DNA from: a virus
Strand: one strand, 5' to 3'
DNA length: 64,000 nucleotides
Virus record (IMG/VR): IMGVR_UViG_3300027913_000404
This document shows positions 1-7,067 of the stretch, in pieces. The position numbers and the translations under genes are program-made. Position 1 is the first letter of the stretch; each line of letters begins with the position of its first letter. The notes under the pieces were generated by a model. The model worked only from the letters and a program-made list of their open reading frames with translations. It had not been told where the DNA came from and ran no database searches.

Positions 1-93
1 ACATTTGTGATCGGTAGTATAAGAGTATAGGAGGTGGAACAGGAATGATCCACCCCTACCCCCCTATCCCCTCACCCGCACAGGAGGTGCGTC

Positions 94-360
94 ATGTCTA
101 ATTGGATACTGGAGCAGGCGGCGCAGATGAAGTCTGAGGACAGGCCAGCGCCTGCGCTGGTAATGGCTCTGAGAAACAACCAGGGCAGAACGGGACTGCG
201 CCTAGAGCTGGTTGACGGGCAGATCGTACGTCTTAACCCGTACAGCAGCAGCGTCGATCCGCGTGATCAGTCGGTGCTTCTAGATGATGGAGGGTTGGCA
301 CATTGGAGAACCATCCGGAGAGTGGTACTCGGTGGATGGTTGGTAGTATGGGAACGGTAG
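94..360 (+). CDS. hypothetical phage protein
   Basis: 88-aa ORF with AGGAGGTG RBS upstream. Confidence 0.7.
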   Translation: MSNWILEQAAQMKSEDRPAPALVMALRNNQGRTGLRLELVDGQIVRLNPYSSSVDPRDQSVLLDDGGLAHWRTIRRVVLGGWLVVWER

Positions 361-514
361 GGCATGGTACAGCCTGTGTAGCATAGGGGTAGGACAGCCT
401 ACCCCTATGTGAGTCAGGCCAGGGTAGAGATACCCTGCTACGCTCAACCTACATGTTGGTAGGCTCTCGCCCCTGTGCTCATGGCATGGGGGCTTTGCGT
501 TATGGAGGTGTAAC

Positions 515-754
515 GTGAAAGGCTATGTGACTAAGATCGAGTTGGTGCGTGTGCATGGACAGGTGTCCCTCACCACACGCAAGCACTGCGATACCCCTAT
601 GGGTGCGCATGTCGTAGAGGACATGACGCCCATGACGGAGAGCGCTATTCGCTCATGGCTGACTGGTCGTGGCTGGTACTACGCAGGGCACAAGGCTGGC
701 GTGTACACGTACAAGCCAGGGCATAAGGCCACTACCCTCACGGTGGAGGTGTAG
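515..754 (+). CDS. hypothetical phage protein
   Basis: GGAGGTG RBS, GTG start, 79 aa. Confidence 0.7.
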   Translation: MKGYVTKIELVRVHGQVSLTTRKHCDTPMGAHVVEDMTPMTESAIRSWLTGRGWYYAGHKAGVYTYKPGHKATTLTVEV

Positions 755-756
755 CC

Positions 757-987
757 ATGTCCCCTATCCACCTAGTAGTCAGGGACAGCACCCTTGGCCC
801 TATCGTAGAGGCCAAGGGTACAGGACGTATGTCACACGCAGAGCAAGAGCGCCTAGAGCGCTATGCTGCAGAGCGTGTGGCCTATGACGTAGACGGTACT
901 CTCACGTTCAACCCTGAGCGTGAGAGTGTACGTCTGTCGGATGGTGTGCGCAGCAGGGTACGCATCACCATAGGCAAGTCTTGGTAG
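757..987 (+). CDS. hypothetical phage protein
   Basis: GGAGGTG RBS overlapping the previous stop, 76 aa. Confidence 0.7.
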   Translation: MSPIHLVVRDSTLGPIVEAKGTGRMSHAEQERLERYAAERVAYDVDGTLTFNPERESVRLSDGVRSRVRITIGKSW

Positions 988-1089
988 CCCTGCATCTACA
1001 TGGCCGGCTCCCCGCTCAGGGCGCTTGCCCGTTGCTAACCTGTTCTATCGCAGAGGCTGACTGCGTAATCAACAGCCTTGGAGGTTCAC

Positions 1090-1362
1090 ATGGCACAGTC
1101 ATGTGTGTTCTGTGGTAATCAGGTAGTGTGGGCTGATGTGATGGCTACGCGTGAGGGTAAGCGTGTAGCAAACATCGCAGACAGCAGGGGACTGATGGCG
1201 CTGGAAGAGCGCCAGCAGTACATCCACATGGGTATGGTGTGTGGCCCATGCTGTGATGGCACCCTGGATGCCCAGGGCGTGCTGCACACTGCCACGCCAG
1301 CCCCCCACTGCGAAATCTGCAACAGCGGTGTATGTGATCACGTGTGGGAGGATGAGTCGTAA
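1090..1362 (+). CDS. small Cys-rich putative Zn-binding protein (C-terminal HCEICNSGVCDHVW module)
   Basis: GGAGGT RBS, ATG 1090, CxxC pairs. Confidence 0.7.
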   Translation: MAQSCVFCGNQVVWADVMATREGKRVANIADSRGLMALEERQQYIHMGMVCGPCCDGTLDAQGVLHTATPAPHCEICNSGVCDHVWEDES

Positions 1363-1394
1363 GTCAGTATTCGCCCGCCCCTGTGCGGGCACCC
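1257..1394 (+). repeat. 138-bp direct repeat, copy 1 (copy 2 at 2227-2364; 43-bp partial copy at 1639-1681)
   Basis: direct comparison, offset 970 bp. Confidence 0.95.
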
Positions 1395-1498
1395 GCCTGG
1401 CTCGGAACCGGGTTCCGAGCCAGGCGGGTGTCCACCACGGACGCCTATCTCAACCCTGCCCGGCCATGAGCCGGGCTTTCTGTTTCTGGAGGTGTGTC

Positions 1499-1690
1499 AT
1501 GACGGAGAAGCAACTGAAGACCCTGTTGGAAATCGCCGCTGATGAAGCCGCAGACTTCGACATGGCTGGAAAAACCGGCTATGGCAAGGTGTACGATCTC
1601 ATCATGGCGGCGTTGAACGCCATCGACAATCGCCAGCGCCACTGCGAAATCTGCAACAGTGGTGTATGTGATCACGTGTGGCCAGACTAA
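1499..1690 (+). CDS. small protein with the shared C-terminal HCEICNSGVCDHVW module
   Basis: GGAGGTG RBS, ATG 1499, 63 aa. Confidence 0.7.
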   Translation: MTEKQLKTLLEIAADEAADFDMAGKTGYGKVYDLIMAALNAIDNRQRHCEICNSGVCDHVWPD

Positions 1691-1756
1691 CCGCAACGGG
1701 ATTAGCACCCCGTGAAGGGCCTGTGCGATAGGCCCTGTGCCGGTGCAAAGCCGGTG
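1688..1756 (+). ncRNA. three-hairpin structured RNA motif, copy 1
   Basis: second copy at 2758-2824 with compensatory stem changes and identical GTGCGAT and TGCAAAG loops. Confidence 0.65.
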
Positions 1757-1800
1757 TCAACACCACGGGCCACGGCCCACAGCAAAAGGAGATCAGGAAC

Positions 1801-1971
1801 ATGGCAACTATCGTATCAGTCAAGGTAGGCAAAGGCCACGAGCTGCGGCTAGTGCAGGGCAAAAAGGTTTTGCACGCCGTGACTTACTGGCCCGACCAGC
1901 AAGCCAGCGTGAACGCGGCTTATGATCTGATCAACGCCGAAGCTAATCGGCTGGGGGTGAAGTTGGAGTAA
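1801..1971 (+). CDS. hypothetical protein (56 aa, MATIVSVK..., below the ORF-track cutoff)
   Basis: AAGGAG RBS upstream, ATG 1801, TAA 1969-1971. Confidence 0.65.
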   Translation: MATIVSVKVGKGHELRLVQGKKVLHAVTYWPDQQASVNAAYDLINAEANRLGVKLE

Positions 1972-2046
1972 CAAATCCCTGGACGGCTCGGCAGGGCCAG
2001 CACCCAAACGTAACCAATCGTGCGAGTGCTGGCCCGTTGGATTACC

Positions 2047-2104
2047 TGTGGTCTGGGCTACCGTGCCCACTGACGAAGGCCCTGTGGTGAGGGCCGAAAC
2101 TACA
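2047..2104 (+). ncRNA. hammerhead ribozyme, type III
   Basis: stem III TGTGGT/ACTACA, GUC triplet 2051-2053, stem I TGGGC/GCCCA, core CTGACGA 2070-2076, stem II GGCCCT/AGGGCC, GAAA 2096-2099. Confidence 0.88.
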
Positions 2105-2146
2105 TCCTGGACGCTGACCAGGTATCAACAGCGATGGAGGTGTACT

Positions 2147-2332
2147 GTGTCCAACTTCGCTTACTGCCCTGAGTGCAAGGAAGTCATCGAAGCGCAGGAG
2201 CCCTGCTCTTGTGTATTCAATGCCGTTGGCACCCTGGATGCCCAGGGCGTGCTGCACACTGCCACGCCAGCCCCCCACTGCGAAATCTGCAACAGCGGTG
2301 TATGTGATCACGTGTGGGAGGATGAGTCGTAA
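2147..2332 (+). CDS. small Cys-rich protein with the shared C-terminal module
   Basis: GGAGGTG RBS, GTG 2147, CPEC and CEIC motifs. Confidence 0.7.
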   Translation: MSNFAYCPECKEVIEAQEPCSCVFNAVGTLDAQGVLHTATPAPHCEICNSGVCDHVWEDES

Positions 2333-2364
2333 GTCAGTATTCGCCCGCCCCTGTGCGGGCACCC
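2227..2364 (+). repeat. 138-bp direct repeat, copy 2
   Basis: identical to 1257-1394. Confidence 0.95.
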
Positions 2365-2372
2365 CTCTGCAT

Positions 2373-2387
2373 CGTAGCCCGGCTACG
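2373..2387. repeat. dispersed 15-bp palindrome CGTAGCC(C/G)GGCTACG (family A), first copy
   Basis: exact copies start at 2373, 4593, 6335, 6391, 8263, 9426, 14597, 21409, 26968, 29902, 32098, 34167, 38239; one-mismatch copies at 5540, 11294, 23242, 54087; half-site at 11478. Confidence 0.95.
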
Positions 2388-2463
2388 GTTCAGAGTGGTG
2401 TCCACCTACGGACGCTTAAAACCCTACGCCCCCTGCGGGGGCAAAGCACTAGGAGGTGCTACA

Positions 2464-2760
2464 ATGTCTCGCTTCAACGCCAAGATGAGCAGCTTCTACG
2501 TGGACGGCGCACTGCTGTCCATCAACGTTCCGCACATGTCGCCCGTTCGCAACGAGGTGATAGACGTGGCCTATGGCTACGACTATCCCACGGCGACTTA
2601 CTTCATCGATCTGTTCATCTTCGAGGATGAGCCGGTGGAGTTGTTCTATGGGCGCTTCTCAATGGGAAGGCGCATCACCCGCGGCCAGATGCTGGAACTG
2701 GCAGATTACCTGCAATTGGACGAGCTGGTACGCGCGGTTGCGTCCGATCTTCCACTGTAA
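2464..2760 (+). CDS. hypothetical protein
   Basis: AGGAGGTG RBS, ATG 2464, 98 aa. Confidence 0.7.
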   Translation: MSRFNAKMSSFYVDGALLSINVPHMSPVRNEVIDVAYGYDYPTATYFIDLFIFEDEPVELFYGRFSMGRRITRGQMLELADYLQLDELVRAVASDLPL

Positions 2761-2824
2761 CCACAACGGCTGGTATATGCCGTGAAGCCCCGTGCGATGG
2801 GGCTGTTCCGGTGCAAAGCCGGTG
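2758..2824 (+). ncRNA. three-hairpin structured RNA motif, copy 2
   Basis: covaries with 1688-1756. Confidence 0.65.
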
Positions 2825-3173
2825 ATCCTAGAAAGGGGGTGCAAGCACATGCACCTATCCCAGCGCTACAGGCGTTTCCGTCAAAGCCCCTCGCCCGTCA
2901 CGACTGTACCACCGCGCGCTTTCCGTGTGCCGGGCGACGCCACGTTCGCAAGGGGGCGTAAACCCTACATGGCCCATAATCGACACACGGTTGTCCTGGC
3001 GCACGCGTTCCATACGCGGGACGACGCCACGCCAGCACAGCCGTAATCCCGACAATCCTCATAATCCCCTACTGGCTGGCCTGGCGGGCAGTAATCCCGA
3101 CAACCCCGCTCACACGGTCGGCACGCTGGCGCAGCACGGACGCCCAGTCCCATCACACACTCGGAGGTTCACC

Positions 3174-3401
3174 ATGAAGACCCTGTTCGTTCTCCCCCTG
3201 GCCACCGTCCTGGTCGTCGCCCTGCTCATCGCGGGCGCTGCGGCCGTCACCCCTGACTTCGCCATCCAGAGCGAGGTCTGGGATCTGCAAGATGGCGTTT
3301 GGGACGTTCGTGTCTGTGCCATCGTCGTCTACTTCGCCGGCCCTGTCGTCCTCGAAGACCGCGCTGACTGCGGCCTGCCCTGGGCCGTGACCACACGTTA
3401 A
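3174..3401 (+). CDS. small secreted or membrane protein
   Basis: GGAGG RBS, MK followed by a hydrophobic signal-like N-terminus. Confidence 0.65.
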   Translation: MKTLFVLPLATVLVVALLIAGAAAVTPDFAIQSEVWDLQDGVWDVRVCAIVVYFAGPVVLEDRADCGLPWAVTTR

Positions 3402-3403
3402 GT

Positions 3404-3599
3404 GGTAACGTTACCATTAGTTAGCCTAACTAACTAATGGTAACGTTACCACCTGTACCGTACCCGTGAATTCTCTCATAGGTGGTAACGTTACCACCCG
3501 TGATGCATTTCACACCCGGTAACGTTACCATTAGTTAAGATGTCTTAACTATTAAGATGTCTTAACTATTAAGATGTCTTAACTAATGGTAACGTTTCC
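3404..3599. repeat. AT-rich palindrome array: 5x GGTAACGTTACC plus 3x 17-bp TTAAGATGTCTTAACTA (parS/origin-like)
   Basis: 12-mers at 3404, 3439, 3484, 3518 and 3588 (1 mismatch); tandem 17-mers at 3535-3585; non-coding. Confidence 0.9.
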
Positions 3600-3614
3600 A
3601 CCCTGTATGCATAC

Positions 3615-3643
3615 TTGACAACTGTACAGCACCATGTTATACT
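3615..3643 (+). promoter_or_regulatory. sigma70-type promoter
   Basis: TTGACA-17-TATACT. Confidence 0.8.
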
Positions 3644-3804
3644 GTTGTCTAGATGATTTGTGGGCGGTTTTGGCGCAAAATCACTCTTAACAACCAAATA
3701 GGTGTCTAAAACAGGGGTTTGGACAGGGATGAGGACGCTCCTTTGGTGTATCTTGTCCTCAACTCTGGCCCCGACTGTATGATTGTCTCGATATAAGTAT
3801 ACAG

Positions 3805-3822
3805 GTAGCGGCTTACGCCGCA
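3805..3822 (+). repeat. oriented hairpin family B (GTA-[5-7 bp GC stem/short loop]-A), first copy
   Basis: + copies at 3805, 4906, 6426, 8284, 9443, 9822, 10308, 13195, 16094, 22161, 28073, 30161, 35430, 35520, 38320; - copy at 27589-27606; stems covary. Confidence 0.85.
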
Positions 3823-3909
3823 CGGACTGTTGGGGTAAATAAACCCTGACAGATTTTGTCAGTGATAGTCCAGACGCTGACTGGGTATTAACAGCGTAGG
3901 AGGTATCTC

Positions 3910-4248
3910 ATGGGTATGTATGGCATGGTTCTTGGCGAGCAGGTAAAGCTCACTGGGTTGTTTGAAAGCGTGGCTTATGACCTGAACTTGGTAAAGGATA
4001 GCCACTGCATCTTGAATGCTGCTGACGTTTGTGAAGTTGTTCGGCATATGCGTCAGGCGTTCAAGGATGGTAGTACTATGGAGCGCTACGTCTATGGGAC
4101 GGAGGATGAGTTGGCTACGCAGGAGCCGCTCACCAACATGCAGTCTGTTTGGCACTTTGAGCGGGATGTGCGCACGTTTGCGTTGCTGGCAGAGTGGTTA
4201 GCAATGCCGGAGAGACGAAACGGAGCGTATAGGTTGTATTTTAGTTAG
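3910..4248 (+). CDS. hypothetical protein
   Basis: AGGAGGT RBS, 112 aa. Confidence 0.75.
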   Translation: MGMYGMVLGEQVKLTGLFESVAYDLNLVKDSHCILNAADVCEVVRHMRQAFKDGSTMERYVYGTEDELATQEPLTNMQSVWHFERDVRTFALLAEWLAMPERRNGAYRLYFS

Positions 4249-4257
4249 GAGAGGTAC

Positions 4258-4566
4258 ATGGACAACAAGAAGGCTGGTAAGTTGTATCAGACGGTGTATG
4301 AGGCTGCGCGTGAGGTTGGGGTGCGCGGCGATTACTCCAAGCTGGCTCGCTGGGCTGTGCGCCAGGGTATCATCACCAATGATGAGGCTGCGTTGATGAT
4401 CTCCTACCGGGGCAAGGAATGGCATGGCCCTGGTGACGGGAAGATCAGCAAGCGGCGCTACCACAAGGCGTGTCGCAAGATCAGCCCCACCGCCGACTAC
4501 CAGGAAAGGATCAGGGACAGGCGCATCAAGGCGCTGTCCAGTGAGGTTAAGTATCGCAACGACTAA
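4258..4566 (+). CDS. basic hypothetical protein
   Basis: GGAGAGG RBS, 102 aa. Confidence 0.75.
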   Translation: MDNKKAGKLYQTVYEAAREVGVRGDYSKLARWAVRQGIITNDEAALMISYRGKEWHGPGDGKISKRRYHKACRKISPTADYQERIRDRRIKALSSEVKYRND

Positions 4567-4678
4567 AGCCCGTTAGGCCCAAAGCGGTACATCGTAGCCG
4601 GGCTACGGTGTACATCGGGAATGTCCGAGCCATCGTTTGGGCGATGGTAATCTAGTTGGTGATTGCAGGAGGTGTAAG

Positions 4679-4909
4679 GTGGCGAATTCCAGTGTGCAGA
4701 TCATGTGGCAGCGCAACGCCGTGGTGCAGGCGGCGTGCAAAAGCAGTCCGGCTGTGTTCATGGCCCTGATGGAAAGCAACACGTTCCAAGCGGGCTTGGA
4801 CGCTCTCGATCCCGAATGCCCCTGCTATGTGAAGGACAAGGGGATCGCGCAGTGTGTCTATCTGGGCTTGATGTCCATGATTGACAACTTGCGAGATGCA
4901 ACGTCGTAG
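4679..4909 (+). CDS. hypothetical protein
   Basis: AGGAGGTG RBS, GTG 4679. Confidence 0.65.
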   Translation: MANSSVQIMWQRNAVVQAACKSSPAVFMALMESNTFQAGLDALDPECPCYVKDKGIAQCVYLGLMSMIDNLRDATS

Positions 4910-4926
4910 CCCCCTTGGGGCATCTA

Positions 4927-5075
4927 GTTCCAATCTCTTCTCTTGGCCTATCAACGGCCACGTCTCGATCCTAGACGAAATCGCTGGTGGAGAGCCAGCA
5001 ACATGAAAGTAGTCTAGGTGGCAACCCCGATTACGGATAGACGCCTGGGCCTGCCAGGAGAGAGGGGATTGGAAC
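4927..5075 (+). ncRNA. candidate multibranched structured RNA upstream of RNase H
   Basis: 17-bp closing stem 4927-4943/5059-5075 (2 G-U) enclosing several helices. Confidence 0.55.
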
Positions 5076-5097
5076 CATTGTTAGTTGGAGGTGTGAC

Positions 5098-5526
5098 GTG
5101 TCCAACTTCGATGTGACTATCCACACAGATGGATCATGCATTGGGAACCCCGGCCCTGGGGGCTGGGCGGCAATCCTGACTAGCTCGCTGGGATCTCGCA
5201 GCAATTACCGCGAGATCAGCGGGCATCGCCCCTCTGCTACCAACAACGAGATGGAGTTGGTAGCAGTGCTGGAGGCGCTGAAGGCCATCAAGCGCACTGG
5301 GTTGTCTGTGGCGATCTACACGGACAGTCAGCTAGTAATTGGCTTGTTGGGTGGCGACTTCACCACCAAGAAGCCACACTTGCAGGCTCTAGTGAGGCAG
5401 ATTAAGATGGTGGTAGAAGCCAAGTATCTGTCCGTTGATTGGTTCCATGTCAAGGGACACAACGGCAATTCCAACAACGTGCGTGCTGATCAGTTGGCAC
5501 GCAACAAGGCGCGCATGGCCGCATAA
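5098..5526 (+). CDS. rnhA: ribonuclease HI
   Basis: TDGSCIGNPGPGGWA, TNNEMEL, YTDSQ, HVKGH and RADQLA motifs. Confidence 0.95.
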   Translation: MSNFDVTIHTDGSCIGNPGPGGWAAILTSSLGSRSNYREISGHRPSATNNEMELVAVLEALKAIKRTGLSVAIYTDSQLVIGLLGGDFTTKKPHLQALVRQIKMVVEAKYLSVDWFHVKGHNGNSNNVRADQLARNKARMAA

Positions 5527-5569
5527 CTGCTATGCGAAACGTAGCCCGGCTAGGAAAGTAGGAGGTACT

Positions 5570-6328
5570 ATGTCTCTCGTCGTCCACTGCAAGCAATCCC
5601 CGTTCGACGTATATATCGGGCGGGGCCAGGGTAGCATCTTCGGCAATCCCTTCACCCACAAGGAAGGGACGCAGGCCGCGGTCGTTGTGGGATCGCGTGA
5701 GGAGGCCGTTCAGGCGTTCCGTGATTGGCTGGCCGGCGTGGCTTACCAGGACGTGGAGCCTGAGCGCCGGCAGGCCATCCTGGATGCCATCCCCACGCTC
5801 AGGGGCAAGGTGTTGGCCTGTTGGTGCGCGCCGCTGGCTTGTCATGGTGATGTACTGGCAGAGTTAGCGAATGGTTGCCAGCACGAGCACACCACGCCCG
5901 CTGTGGCATCCAAGACGCCGCCTACCGTTGCTCCTGGCAACATCCACAGCGGCACCAAGAACGGGTTGGCAGTCCTCACCAACCCCACAGTGATGGCAAA
6001 GCGTAAGGGGACAGTGCGCGGCGACTTCCCCATTACCATCGATGGTAAGCTATATGAGGATGCAGAAGCAGCTTACCAGGAGATAAAGTGGAAGATCCCC
6101 AACACGGACAAGGATCGTGAGGATCTGTGCACGCGCGTCATCGAAGCCAAGTTGCGGCAGTATCCGCAGCTGGTGGAATTCATCCGCCACAATGGTGGCG
6201 TGACGTGGTTGAGTAAGTGCAGCCACCACGTTCACGCGCAGTCCAGTGGCTTTCAGTATTGGGAAGGCGATGGTTTCGATAGCGCCTTCATCCGCTGTCT
6301 CATCAAGGCTTACAAGTTGGTGAGATAG
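5570..6328 (+). CDS. DUF4326 domain fused to a NADAR/YbiA-like domain
   Basis: N-terminal DVYIGRG..FGNPF..LRGKVLACWCAPLACHGDVL; C-terminal PITIDGKLY..AEAAYQ..AKLRQYPQL..WEG. Confidence 0.75.
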   Translation: MSLVVHCKQSPFDVYIGRGQGSIFGNPFTHKEGTQAAVVVGSREEAVQAFRDWLAGVAYQDVEPERRQAILDAIPTLRGKVLACWCAPLACHGDVLAELANGCQHEHTTPAVASKTPPTVAPGNIHSGTKNGLAVLTNPTVMAKRKGTVRGDFPITIDGKLYEDAEAAYQEIKWKIPNTDKDREDLCTRVIEAKLRQYPQLVEFIRHNGGVTWLSKCSHHVHAQSSGFQYWEGDGFDSAFIRCLIKAYKLVR

Positions 6329-6353
6329 CAACCACGTAGCCCGGCTACGAACA

Positions 6354-6380
6354 AGGCCCCCGCAAGGGGGCTTTTTGTTT
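6354..6380 (+). terminator. intrinsic terminator
   Basis: GCCCCC-GCAA-GGGGGC followed by TTTTTGTTT. Confidence 0.75.
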
Positions 6381-6497
6381 GCGTAGAATTCGTAGCCGGG
6401 CTACGGTTTTGGTTGGCGCTAGTCGGTAGCGGCTGGCGCCGCAAGGCAGTTCCAAGTCTATTCGATCAACCATTCAGCGCTTAGGAGGCGCACTAAC

Positions 6498-6920
6498 ATG
6501 ACTACCCCAACCCTTGAGACCGTACAGACTGCAATCGAGAACCGTGTTTGGTTGAAGACCACGTATCAATCCCGCGACATGGAAACCGGCCAGATCGTGC
6601 TGCGCCGGCGCGGTATTCTCCCGTTTCGTGTGTACCAGTCGGGCGCAGGCGATTTCGTCGTAGACGGCTATGACACCTATCGCAACGATGTTCGCACGTT
6701 TCGGCTGGATCGTTTCGCAGAGATGGAGTTGGGAGAGGCCCACAATGGTTCTGATCCCAACATCATCTACACAAAATCTGCTAAGTTCGTGGTGTGGCCG
6801 GCAGCTTGGAACCTGATCCAGGCGCGGCCCCAGGGTGTGAGCGAAAACGCCCTTCCCAAGTTTCTTGAACACGGCTGGACGCTGGTACCGTGTTCAAGCG
6901 TGATCGTCAAACCGTCCTAA
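6498..6920 (+). CDS. WYL-domain protein
   Basis: Y..R.I.PF..VDGYDTYRNDVRTFRLDR signature. Confidence 0.8.
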   Translation: MTTPTLETVQTAIENRVWLKTTYQSRDMETGQIVLRRRGILPFRVYQSGAGDFVVDGYDTYRNDVRTFRLDRFAEMELGEAHNGSDPNIIYTKSAKFVVWPAAWNLIQARPQGVSENALPKFLEHGWTLVPCSSVIVKPS

Positions 6921-7067
6921 CTTACCCCTTACCCCTTACCCCGCGGGCGCAAAACAGAGCAAAAGCGCCAGAAATGCCCGCTGGGTATGGGGTATACCCC
7001 CTGATCTACCCCACTTTCTTGCCCTACGCGCTAGCGTGGGGCTTCTCTTTGTCATGGAGGTGACACC

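Noticed and set aside
1002..1030. HDV-like ribozyme suggested by GGCCGGC at 1002
   Set aside because: No complementary P1 strand or nested pseudoknot found downstream
2792..3160. ORFs at 2792-3046 and the 5' extension 2925-3173; short TAATCCCGACAA repeats near 3044 and 3092
   Set aside because: No convincing RBS or protein features; the repeats are too short for me to assign a function
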